A stretch of DNA of 64,000 nucleotides from the NCBI RefSeq assembly GCF_001194135.2, contig NC_068994.1, positions 19,135,904-19,199,903 of the forward strand. The letters are read 5' to 3'. Each line of letters opens with the position of its first letter. Positions within the stretch are counted from its first letter, which is position 1. This stretch comes from Octopus bimaculoides. Taxonomy: Eukaryota. Both the position numbers and the translations under genes were made by a program. Under the pieces are notes generated by a model. That model was not told the DNA's origin and did not search any database. It worked only from the letters and a program-made list of their open reading frames with translations. Positions 13,246-26,692 of the stretch are shown here, one piece after another.

Positions 13246-14368
13246 CTATATCTTAGAATCGAACATTTGTCTCAGTTCACTGATTTTTTTCTTTGATTCT
13301 GTATTGTTTGAGTCTGAATAATCTGCTTTGTCTTCTTTGGGTGACGACTGCGGTTGGTTATAACGAGTTGGACTAGTTATTCGTTGTGATCTGACAGGCT
13401 TTGTTACCGTAGAAGGAGGTGGGCTTTTATGTTCTCTTTTTGTAGTGTTGCCAACAGGCTTCAGTCCAGCTTTGGCTAATTGTGCTGGCGTTAAAGAACT
13501 TTTTGCCTGTGGATCAGATTCTGATCTATTAAGGTTAACAAAATTCTTTTGAATAGGAACTGGCTTATCAGCTGTTGATGCTGATGGAAAAGTTTGTGTG
13601 AGTTTGGAAAGTGCCCTTGTTTTAGGCTGAGGATTGTGATCCCTTTTGGGTGGGGTGGGGTTTGATTCTGATCTCACAAGATTTGAAGCTAGTGCTCGTG
13701 TTTGTGGTCGTGGAGGCTTTTCTTTAGTTTTCTTGAGTGAGGAAGGAGATGTCATGTTATGGTAAACAGCATGATTACTGTTGTGGTCAATACTTGAACT
13801 GCTATTTGGGGGTTCTGAAGATGTATTCATGTATAGAGCATCCTCATCCTCTTGGCCAAGAAGATGCTGAGAGACAGCATTTTCTCTATTATTTCTCTCT
13901 AAAGGACGCAATTTTGGAGATTGTGTTCCAAACTGACGACTTTCATCAGGCTTCAGGGGTGGTGGCTTTTGAGGACGATCAGAATGATTGCGACGCAATT
14001 TCACTGGACGTTTTGTAGTAGCCAATCCACCCTTGATGTCTGCTGTGTGTATATTAGGGAGATTTTGTTCAGAAAATGCTGCTGACCGGCGATTAGTAGT
14101 ACTAAGGAGTACTGGACTGGAAATGTCTTTTGTCATAATAGCACTAAGTGGTCGAGTAGCAGATCGTGGTTCTCTTTTTGGAATATAAGCATCTTGTGGA
14201 GCTTCAACAGGTGTGACTAATGCTTGAGAATTGCTATTGGTACTGTGAGTCAACATTGGTTTTGAGATGGGTGGACCCAGTCGGCTTGTCCGACTTTGTC
14301 GGTTTGTATCTGTTCTTGTTGGTAGCTGAACTTTAGGCAGTTTTATATTTGTTAGTGCAGGAGGTAAA
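13246..14368 (-). CDS. ADAM exon 17 (terminal; proline-rich cytoplasmic tail)
   Basis: ttctttttactcaacag|T; phase 2 matches exon 16; 373 codons to TAG in a window with almost no other long ORFs. Confidence 0.93.
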
Positions 14369-15205
14369 CTGTTGAGTAAAAAGAACAAAAAATGATGTTA
14401 TTAATTTAGTTTTCACAAAATTCTTTTTCTAATTATCGGTAAAATAAAATAAAATATGGTGAATTGGTATAAAATAACAAAACTAATGACAGCCTATTTC
14501 TAAGTCATTGCAAAATTTGTTATCTGATCATTCTCTATATGAGAATCTCCATAAAACACGTGAAGATATGACTGTCTATGCCAGCCTTTCATTTTTTAAG
14601 GACTGACTATGCTACTGCAGTAATCCTGTTGTTAGCACGGTGGGCAACATGCTTAGCAGCATGTCATCCATCCTTATGTTCTGAGTTCAAATTTCATGGA
14701 GGTCAACTTTACTTTTTATCCTTTTGGGGGTTGCTAAATTAAATATCACTAGAGCACTGGGGCAATGTAATTGACAACCCCACCCTCAAAATTTGAAGTC
14801 ATAATTGTTTAATTATTAAGGGAGTGAGATGGCAGAATCGTTAGCATAATGGAAAAAATGCTTAGTAGTATTTCATCCATGCTTAAATTCAGTGTTCAAA
14901 TTCCACTGAGGTTGACAGTGTCTGTCATCCTTTCAGGTTTGATAAATTAAGTAGCAGTTGAGCAGTGGGGCAATGTAATTGATTTAACCCCAACCCTGAA
15001 ATTGCTGGCCTTGTACCAAAATTTGAAACCATTATAATAATAATTATTATTATTATTATAATTATTCAAATTCTGCCAAGGTTGATTTTGCCTTTCATCC
15101 TTTCAGGGTTGATAAACTAAATACCAGTGAAATTCTGAGATCGATGTAATCAACTAGTCCCCTTCCTCCAAAAACCTCAGGCCTTGTGCCTATAATAGAA
15201 AGGAC

Positions 15206-15245
<40 letters not shown>

Positions 15246-18200
15246 AGGGCAGTGAGCTGGCAGAATCATTAGCACATTGGACAAAATGCTTAGCTCAAGG
15301 ATCATGACCCTACAACTGTGAGTTGAAGACCGCTAACCACTAAGCTGGACATCTTCACTTTCCCAGATACACTAAAAAAGAAAAAAAAAAAGAGATGTTC
15401 ATGACTAGAAAGCCTTTGATCATAGACTGCTGAACCGAGGGCTAAACAACAGCAACAATGACATTCAACAGAGGATAAGTGGAGAAATGCCCAAAAACAT
15501 TTTAAATAGATGAGGATTTTTCAAATAAAAATGGGCTAAAGGTCAGATCATCAGTAAGTTCATACATACTGCATATTGAAATTGCTCTTCTTTTTCCAAC
15601 ACTGAATGAGATCATTTCTTCGAAGATAGGCACAAACCAGTACAGAAATAATTAAAAGCAAAAATAGAATGACCAGCACAATAGTCAAGACAGGGCTTTC
15701 TACAGTGAGAAAAAAGAGAAAAACAAAAAAAAAAAAGAGGATAATAATGGAGAAAAGCATTCAGCAGAATATAAACAAAAAAGATATTAGAATTTAAATA
15801 ACAATACAGAAGGTAACAAAGTTACCAGAAATAATACAAGGCCAAATATATAGCAAGTGTTTATAGTTTTCTCTCTTGGCATTCAGAGTTCAAATCTCAC
15901 GGGATTCAATTACATTTTTTATTCTTTCAGTCTTAATAAATACTGAAAATATACAGGGATAAATTTTAATCAATTTTGCTTCTCTTCTTGAAAAGCTCAT
16001 TGTGGCCAATTAAAAGAAAGCCATAAGTCAATATTACAAATAACTATTCTAATTTACCCACAGATTTCAGTGACTATCATTCTCTTTCCCTCTCCACACA
16101 CATATATATTATAGGTGCAGGTATGGCTGTTGGTAAGAAGCTTTTTTCCCCAACCATATGGTTCTGGGATCTGTCCCACTGTGTAGTAGCTTAGGCAAGT
16201 GTCTTCTTCTATAGCCTCAGGTTGACCAAAGCCTTGTGAGTGGATTTGGTAGACGGAAACTGAAAGAAGCCCATCATATCATCATCATCATCATCATCGT
16301 TTAACGTCCGCTTTCCATGCTAGCATGGGTTGGACGATTTGACTGAGGACTGGTGAAACCGGATGGCAACACCAGGTTCCAATCCGATTTGGCAGAGTTT
16401 CTACAGCTGGATGCCCTTCCTAACACCAACCACTCAGAGAGTGTAGTGGGTGCTTTTATGTGTCACCCACACGAAGGCCAGTCAGGCGGTACTGGCAATG
16501 GCTACGCTCAAAATGGTGCATTTTATGTGCCACCCGCACAAGAGCCATATATATATGTATATATATATGTATGTATTGTGGTGTGTGTATCTTTCTGTTT
16601 GTGCATGTCTCCCCACCATCGCTCGACAACCAATGTTGGTGTGTTTATGCCCCCGTAACTTAGTGGTTCAGTAAAAGAGACTGATAGAATAAGTACAAAG
16701 CTTACAAAGAGTAAGTCCTAAGGTCAATTTGTTCAACTAAAAAACCCTTCAAAGTGGTGCTCCAGCATGGCTGCAGTCAAATGACTCAAACAAGTAAAAG
16801 AATATATATATTATTTATTCTTTTACATGTTTCGGTCATTTGACTGCGGCCATGCTGGAGCACCACCTAAAGGGTTTTAGTCAAAGAAATCGAACCCAGG
16901 ACTTATTCTTTGTTAGCCTAGAACTTATTCTATTGGTCTCTTTTGCTGAACCACTAAGTTACAGGGACATAAACACATCAACATCACTTGTCAAGCAATG
17001 GTGAGGGGACAAAGTCAGACACACAAATACATACATACATATATATACACACACACACATACACATATACGATGGGCCTCTTTCAGTTTCTGTCTACCAA
17101 ATCTGCTCACAAGGGTTTGGTTAACCCAAGACTATTGTAGAAACACTTGGCCAAGGTGTCACACAGTGGGACTGAACCTGGAACCATGTGGTTGGGAAGC
17201 AGGGCTTCTTTCAGTTTCTGTCAACCAAATCCACTCACAAAACTTTGGTCAGCCTGAGGATATAGTAGAAGACACTTGCCAAAGGTGCCATGCAGCAGGA
17301 CTGAACCTGAAACCATGTGGTTGGGAAGCAATCTTCTAACCATACAGACATGCCTATATATATATAATGATGGTAGTGGTAGTTTCTTAGTGTCCAGAGG
17401 AAGAGTGGTATGCCTTTTGATGGTTATGGAAACTGATCTTTGATGTTATAGGGCTTTTCTTTCTGTTTGCACTTAATATTTTTAAAGTGAGAGTCGGACC
17501 ACATAGCTCAATCCCACTCTTTAGACTTGGAGGTCTGACCACAGTGGATCAGTGGGTTAAGATGGTTGTGGTAACATGCAAGCTGTAGGTTTCACACTGG
17601 AATGGCTTTTTAGGTGAATTGTCTTACATGGGGTGGAGAGCTTCATCTGCTTGAAATTACTGGAAGGGTGTCAAAATAGTCCACCCAAGGGACTCCACTC
17701 TGAATTGCAATTGAGGTTCCTTTCCTGAGGCACTCACAAAATATATACAGGAGTAATCTGTTAAGGTGATCTTTATGTTGGTAAAACTGGAAAAAGTTTA
17801 GCTTCAAATGTAATGAGAAGAGAGAGAAAGAGAGAGGTTTTGTGCATGTGTGCGTGGTTTACCTTTTTCTAGGTTAGCAATTCCACTATCAACACTGCCA
17901 CCCTTCCCTTCTTTGTCACAGTAAGGGGGTCCGTAGCCGGCATCACAATGGCAATTCCCACGGCTATTGCACACCTAGAAGAGAAATTAAGATATTTAAG
18001 TTGATTAATTGATCCTTTCAATTTTACTAACAAATAATATAGTAACGAGATATATAAACACTGCAAAGAAGCACATTAATATAGTATACAATAAGACATC
18101 ATTATTTTTTGCATAAATGCATCGTTAGCAGGCCGGGCAAAATGCCTAGTGGCATTTCATCCATAGTTATGTTCTGAGTTCAAATTTTGCCAGGGTCTAC

Positions 18201-18723
18201 TTTACCTTTCATCCTTTCAGGGTTGATAAAATAGATATCAGCTGAGTACTGGGGGTCGATCTATCCCCCTATCCCCCTCCCACAAATTTCAGGCCCTGTG
18301 CCTATAATATAAAGGATTATTTTGCATAAATGCATTCGAGTGTATTCTTTACATAAATGTGGCAAACTGGCAGAATAATTAGCACACTGGGTAAAATGCT
18401 TAGCGGTATTTTGTCTGTCTTTATGTTCTGATTTCAAAGTACGCCAAGGTTGACTTTACTTTTCATTCTTTCGGGGTCGATAAAATAAGTACCAGTTGTG
18501 TACTGGAGTTGCGCCAAAATTTGAAACAAATATATTCTTTAGATCAGTGGTTCTCAACTGGGGTCTATATGGCCTTTGGGTGTCCAAAGAAGATTTTGTT
18601 GCTAAAATTTAACAGCAATAAATTGGTTATATTTCTACAATACATTAAATATATCAAGAATTTTAAAAATAAAATTCCTAATAATGTTTAATTATAAAAA
18701 AAAAATATAGAATTTTTTGAAAC

Positions 18724-18756
<33 letters not shown>

Positions 18757-18803
18757 TCATCATCATCATTGTTTAAAGTCCGCTTTCCATGCTGACATTA
18801 AAC

Positions 18804-18880
<77 letters not shown>

Positions 18881-21800
18881 CCATACATATATACATAAAC
18901 ATAATGGATAATATCTTTAATCTCAGACTTACTCCATGTCCATTGCATCCTTTAGGACAATCAGGAAATCCTAATTTCTGCAGTGGTTTACACTGTTGCT
19001 CTACACAGATCTAATTGGTGAGAGAGAGAAGAAAAAGAAATGTAAAATAGTTAGTTAATGAACAGCTACAATATTAATTATGAAGTAAAAAATGGTCTTG
19101 TTCATGATAATTCTGATGATGATGAGTAGAAAGCAATTTCAGAACTTAAGGATGGTGAGAGTAGCAATAATGATTATCTGATTACTTGAAAATGAGACAT
19201 AATGATGATGGTGATGATGATGATGAGGATGATAATGATGATGGTGGTTTCTCCTCCTCCCTTTCTTCTCTTTTCCCTCCTCCTCCGACCTACTTTTCCA
19301 TGTTTTCTTAGGTCTTCTTTAGCACTGGGTCCTGCCATTTACTGCATTCTTTTGTAAACACCTTTTGTAATGTTCAACATCCAAAACATCAGCTTTCATT
19401 ACACCTGCCTATGTCTTCCTTGGTCTTCTTTCTCTAGAGTTTCCTCCTACATGGATCTCCTGCTTTTTTTTACCCAGTTGTCATCACTCAAATGCATTAC
19501 ATGTCCACACCAAAGCAGTCATTCCTCTTGTACACAAGATCCGATTCCTCTTATGCCCAAATTCTCCTCTTAGCTCCTCTGTAGCATGTCATTCATATAC
19601 ACTAACATTACATATCCATCAATACACGCTTCGTTTCTTTCCAGCTTTAACACATTTTCTAGATTTAGTTCCATATCACATTACCATGAAGAATCTTGGT
19701 TCATACACAAGCATTGTACAATTTGCTCTTGCTCGAAGTAAGAACCTCCTTCTGGTCAGCAGAGTTAATAACTCCAGGAATTTTTCTCACCATATTCTAC
19801 TTCTAGTTACAATGGTTTTAGAGTAACCATTGCCACTATAGCTAAGATTACCTTCTGGGCATTGGAAAGTATTTATTTTACCAGTCCTTTGTCTGCTGAC
19901 TGCACCAGCATATCTGTCACATTCATCTTTATTAACTGTCAACCTGCCTGTATTCTGTTACACCTCTTGTACATCCATAGATCATATCAAGTACACTCTG
20001 TGAAATTTTTACTACTCCATTTCTGTATATCAATCACAGCTATATATATATATATTTCACTGCAGCCTAGTTTTCATTCAGGCTTAGGAGAATATAAAGC
20101 AGACATGTAAAATAATGACAAAAATGATATTTACAGATCAACAATTAATGACTACAACAGCTATTTACTTCAAGTTTCATAAAAATGCAGGCATGTGCCT
20201 AACCTTTTAGATGTCTGCAATGAACGAAGTGTAGGTTACGTTCAACTTGAAGGAATTATAGTTAACATTTAGTTCTAACACAGGGCAAAACTACCTGGCA
20301 TAAATACTATCCCTTACATATGTTGTTAAAGGGAACTTATAATTATGAGCTAAATTTTTGTAAGTATGTAATGTCACTTGCTGACACATATTATATACAA
20401 CCCCCTTCGTTTATACACCAAATATTAGCAATTAGGCACTTCCAATTCATGCTGACATTATCTGAACCCAAATAATAGAATTTCTAATCTAAAATTAGAT
20501 TAACTTTTGCAACGATCTTGCCTTTATTGTTCCATCTAATTTCCATTACCTGGATAAACAACTGAATATAAAATAAATTTGTGACTTGTAATAAATATGG
20601 ATGTGGGTCTTGGAACTATAAGTTCTTATAGAAATCCACCTGCCAGAACATAGATAAAATCACACCTGTTAAATTAATTTATCTGATTTATGTTAGAAGT
20701 TAATCAAGCATAATTTAAAAAAATTTTACTTCCATGTATCTTTTGATTTTTTTTTTTTAAATGACATACTTTTTTCAATGCATACTGAAATGTTAAGCAA
20801 TCCCGTGGATGCATTATTTACAATATACAATTACGGTTGCTTTTGATGGGAGATATTTGCACATATTTTCTTTTAATGATGAGATATATATAAAGGGGCT
20901 TCTCTTGCTAATTTGAATATGAGATATTAGTTATTTGAATAGTAAACTCATCATCCTTGATGAGACTGAGATGGCAGAAGCAAGTAATTATTCCAATGGC
21001 AGTGACACTGCTGCTGCTGCCAACATCATCATCATTTAAAATCCATATCTCATGCTGGTTTGGCTTGGACAGAACTGCATCATGCTCCAGTGTCTGCTTT
21101 GGTACGGTTTCTATGACTGGATGCCCTTCTCAATGCCAACCACTCTGCAGTGGGTACTGGGTGCTTTTTCTTTTGTGCCACTGGCACTAGAGAAGTCGCA
21201 ATGTAGCTCACAAGATTGGAGAAGGGAGTGGGTAGTTTTATGTTAGAAAATGAGGGGCTAAAGTGTGAGAAGAGGAGAGAGAAGATGAGCAGATTCTTGT
21301 TTAGAGGAGTTATATAGCTTATTCGCATTTAGAAGGTACTAGTAACGATGATGCAGTTGATGAGAGAAAAGAGGCAGGTATAGTGCATGAGGGGAAATAA
21401 TTTTGTAGATCAGTAGGTGGAGGATGATCAATGTAATGGGAAGGTAATGGCTAACAAGTGAAATGGTTCCAGGTAGCAAGAAGAAAATGGAATCAATGGG
21501 GACCTGTAATGAGGGATAAAGGAGATATGAGGAAGAGATTGGGGAAAGTGCTTATCTGTGCCTACACACATATACAGATGCAGTGCTTCCAGAGGTCAGT
21601 TTTGCAGCATTAAGCATGTCTTCTATAGAACTTCAAATCAGCAGACATCCCTATTATCCCTTCTGTAGTCAGACTTGACCACTTTGTCCCATTCATGTCT
21701 TCCTGAGTCTTCCTCTTCTACAAACTCCAACCACATTCAGTGACTGACACTTCTTTATACAGCTGTCTTTATCCATGTGCAGTGCCATCTTCTTTCTTGC

Positions 21801-24800
21801 ATGTTACATCTGATTCTTCTAATGCCAAGGTTTTCTCTTGTCACATTTATACAATGTCATTCATTATATTGTAAATCCAACGGAGTACGCTAGCTTTATT
21901 TCTTTCCAGTCTTCTCAAATCCCCTGCATTCAAGACCCATATATCACTACCATGCAGCATTGCATTTCGAACACAAATGTCATACAATCTACCCTTCATA
22001 CACTTTGATGTCAACAGTAGTAGTAGCTCCTTGAACTTTCTCCTACTTGTTCTTATTCTAGCTACTATACTTTTAGTAACAGAAGCTATCAACTACTTTT
22101 CATGAGCCATCTAGGCACTCAAGAGTATCTATTTCTGGTGTTCCTGTTCATAGTGTGTACTGCTCCAGTGCTTCTAACACATACAAAGCCAAAGTTCTCT
22201 CATGGTCTACCTGTGATTTTGAAACATCTCTTGTGTGTCCATAGCTTACAATAGGTGCAGCATATGGAGTTTATATCTAATCCTTTTTTGTATACCTGAA
22301 GATACCAGGGTCTTGTCTTCTTTCCTACTTACTGAAACCTTTGTCTTTGATAAATTTATCTTAACACCATACGACTTTAGATTTAACTTCCATTTCTGGA
22401 ATTTCCTCTCTAATTCCCCTATATTTTCAGCTAATGAGAACTAGATCATCAGCATGTAGGAGTTCTCAAAGACATCCAATATAAAAATCTTCTGCGATGA
22501 ACTGTAGGACAACGATGAAAAGGAGAGAATTATGGATTGAGTCTTCACAAATTCTTACCTTCACATTAAATTCATCACACACACACATGGATAAATAGAT
22601 AGATAGATAAGCTAAAAAGGAAAGTGAACTTACTTTATCAGCACCACATTTAGAGCCATCTGGTACCAATCCAGGGTCTTGCATCTGAAGGCCTACATCC
22701 AAAATTACTGCCCGACATACTTCAGTTGTCCTACCAGTAGCTATGAATGATGTTGGAAATTTTTTAGCAAGGTTATCTTTCCAGAACATTAGTTTTTCAT
22801 TTTTGTGAATACAATGAAGCATACCACAACGAACATCACTGGAAACAGAAACAAGACAAAAAGGTAAAACATGATTTGATGCTTAAAAGTATAAGGATAT
22901 ATACAGAAACAATGTGAAATAATATAGCTAATCAAATTTTTGTTCTGTCTATGTCCTTGCTGTCATTCTAAATTGTTTATTTTAACTATTTGTATGCTAC
23001 AGGCATTTGTCTGTGAGCTGTAATGGAAATCATCCACTTTTTATTCTTTTACTTGTTTCAGCCACGTGGCTGCAGTCATGCGGCTGCAGTCATGCTGGAG
23101 TACCAAATCAGTCAAGTATATCAGTATTTCTACGAATTAATCAACCTCAAATAGACCTTTGTTAAATGCCTAAGAAACTATGACATGGACACACATACAC
23201 ACAAGGGAAAGTTTTGTTCTTGAATGATTGGGAATTTTAATATCTTGTCTTCATATTTTTAAAGCATTTTTAAAATTAATTTATTAATGAAAAATACATA
23301 ATAGCAAATTTGGAAATCCTTTCTTTTTAAGGTATCTATCCTTATGAAAGATGAAAACCCTTATATGAATAAAGCAAAGTTGGTCACCAATTCCAAATAA
23401 TTTTATCAAGAACTGGGTAAAAAAATAAAACAGACAGACATCAATGCAGTTTTAATGACAAGAAAAGTAGAAAATTAGATCCTTGAGGATGAATATGGAC
23501 AGAAGTTAGTTCACCTTGGGCAAGAATGTTCAAAATAACAAATGCAACATCTAAATAATTGTGAGAAGATATAAGAATCCAAGAAGTAAAGCCAGGTACT
23601 ACAGAACATGAACAACTGGAAAACAGCCAGCCAGAATGGTAAAGTTCCAGACTTCTGGCTAAAATGTTTAGCAAAATATTTATAAAACTATTCAGTGGTT
23701 TAATGAAAGAACCAGAAACAACTGAATTGTTCATCCAAGAAAAAAAAAAAAAAATCTTAAAATTCAAAACTGACAAAATATAAAACTCTAAAAGTTATAG
23801 ATTTATCACTATTCTATACAAAGCCTTCACAGTATTGTTTTAGCAAATATGTTCATCTGCAAAAACACAAACAAAAAGAAAAAAAAACAACAACAAAAAA
23901 AACAGAAGTGGTATCTCAAAGGCACACATGATAGTAAAGGCTAACAAAACTACAACTGAAGATAATAAGACAAGATAGAGTCTAAACTATGATGTGGATG
24001 AGTTACCAAAAACAGAGTGTAGACAAATATGTGTCAAAAAACTCATGGCTTGCACACAAACACAACACTCAGAAAACATAGTATCTTCTGTAGTATAGTT
24101 TGTTCTAACAGAACATTCACAGAAAACAGTACTATGAGGCACTGCATACTTTGCACATATTATGTAGAGCACTTTCACTAAAACAGAAAAAAATATTTAT
24201 GTAACAACTGCCCTTTGGTTTGTGGAGGCACAATGGCCCAGTGGTTAGGGCAGCAGACTTGCGGTTATAAGATTGCGGTTTTGATTCCCAGACCGGGCGT
24301 TGTGAGTGTTTATTGAGCAAAAACACCTAAAGCTCCACGAGGCTCCGGCAGGGGATGGCGGCAAACCCTGCTGTACTCTTCCACCACAACTTTCTCTCAC
24401 TCTTACTTCCTGTTTCTGTTGTGCCTGTAATTCAAAGGGTCAGCCTTGTCACACTGCGTCATGCTGAATATCCCCAAGAACTGAGTTAAGGGTACATGTG
24501 TCTGTGGAGTACTCAGCCACTTGCACGTTAATTTCACGAGCAGCCTGTTCCGTTGATCGGATCATCTGAAACCCTCGACGTCGTAAGCGACGGAGTGCCA
24601 ACAACAACAAGCCCTTTGGTTTACAGTTGTGGAATTATAACTACCAAATTAATATCAACTAGCTGGACCTGTGAAAACATCATGGAAAACATAAAAATAT
24701 AAGCCTCTGTAAATTGTGTACTGGTGCCATGAGAAATATTTCTATATTATGACACTTAGAGCAATATCCAATATTGGTTGAGGACCGAGTATGTAGAATG

Positions 24801-26572
24801 CGGTAATTAATTATATTGTAGGAAAGTAAATGTAACATCCAATATTTGATGTGGTTAAGTATCTGTCTACTCTAGAAATACTGATAAACGTTTAAAAACA
24901 AAAAAACAAATGCCACCTTCCTTTCAGTCACCACTCACTCTCTGTCTCTCCTCTCTCTCACTTTACTGCTCACTTCAAGTATACCTCCTCTGCTTAACAT
25001 CTTTTATTTTTATTTCTCTTTCTACCTCTCCCTTCAAGTGTAGAAAAATAACAGTAACATCCACAGGTATTTGCTGAGGGAGAGATAGGCAGAGGGAGAG
25101 AGTGAGTGTGTGAAAAAGAGAGGCAGACAGATAGATAGGCCACTGTTAGGACTGGATTAACACTCATAGTGAGCCTAATTGACTAAAAAGATTTCCCTGC
25201 TCCTGTATTGGACCCTTTTCATTTTCTTCCAACCACTTGAAGGTTTATTTTGCTCCAGTCTACTCAGCTGACCAAAATGAGTTGTAGTTGTAATTCAATG
25301 GAGCCAGCTTTGTCACATTCTGTGTGAGGCTGAACCTCCCTGAGAACTATGTTAATAGTATGTATGTCTGTGGAATACTCAGCCATTTGTGTATTAATTT
25401 TATCCTGGTTGTGGTAATGAAAAGTGAAAGTGACATCCAATATTTGTTGTAGTTATTTGTCTTTGATTTACCAATGTGTCTATCGATCTATGTATCTACT
25501 CTTCTTTTAATGTATGTATCAGTCTACTCTGAAAATGCATCAATGTTTTAAAACTGCCCTATTTTCCATTACATTTCAAATAGATTCTGCACTGAGTTGC
25601 TGAAGCAGAAATATCATTATAGCAAATAATAGCTCAGTACTACAGATTTGCTTGTCAGTTGCTTGACCTTAACCACTTGATCATGTCTTTGATGGCTAAT
25701 AATATGTGCATCTCTGATCATGAGCAGGAGTAGTTGGGAAGCATCACAGCCATGTGTTGAGAGGGATTCTTTGGGGTTTGAATAAATGTGACAAAAGCAA
25801 AGTTTGAAGAAAATATTAGTCGTTTTTCATAAGTTCTAAGGGTAAGCAAATAGGAATAAACAGTTGCTACCCAAGGACAAAAATTGTGTTACACAGTGTA
25901 ATAATATGAGATATATAAGGACCCATGATTACTAGTTGTAATTCACTTATAAGGAATTCTTATAAAAAAAAAAATGTCCAAAAACTGAGAAAAGAAGCAA
26001 TGAAATTATTAATAACAACTTCTTTAACAAATGGAGAAAAAGTAAGGAAAGAAAAACATAAAACATTGTATTATAATTTTATAATAAAATGAGCCTGGAA
26101 AGAAGACATGCATCCACATATATGTGAGTGCAATGTAGTACATACAGGCAAACACACACATACATACTCCCTTACATATGACAATATAAAGAATGCAATA
26201 CACATATGCATACCTATGTGTGTATTAGAAAGTGTAAATAATTGATGACTGTCAAACATAATCAAACTAATTACACCATCTCCTACAATAGATAGATAGC
26301 AAAATTTATCGTAATTTTTGCAACTTTTTTCTCAATTTTCTACCATCAGATTTAAAACCCTAGTGCAGTAATAAAGTCAAGGTCAACTTACTTCACTGCA
26401 CAAGCTGTGTATCTGTCTGTCTGCCAGTTCAAACCACAGTTACCACTCACATTGCCAAGTACATTATTAGCTCTGAAGCAAATATCATCTGATACTCTGC
26501 CAGTGTCCCCCCATAGCAACTGACACTGTTTTGTGTGAGTATTGCACTGTCCTTTGTAACAGTATGACTGAA

Positions 26573-26638
<66 letters not shown>

Positions 26639-26647
26639 CATAACAAA

Positions 26648-26692
<45 letters not shown>

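Noticed and set aside
13737-14188. Plus-strand ORFs overlapping the terminal exon
   Set aside because: Antisense shadows of the coding exon with no independent evidence.
24222-24300. tRNA-like sequences (also SINE A and B heads and 38678-38749)
   Set aside because: They are SINE heads joined to repeat bodies, without an intact cloverleaf or a poly-T terminator, so they are not called as tRNA genes.
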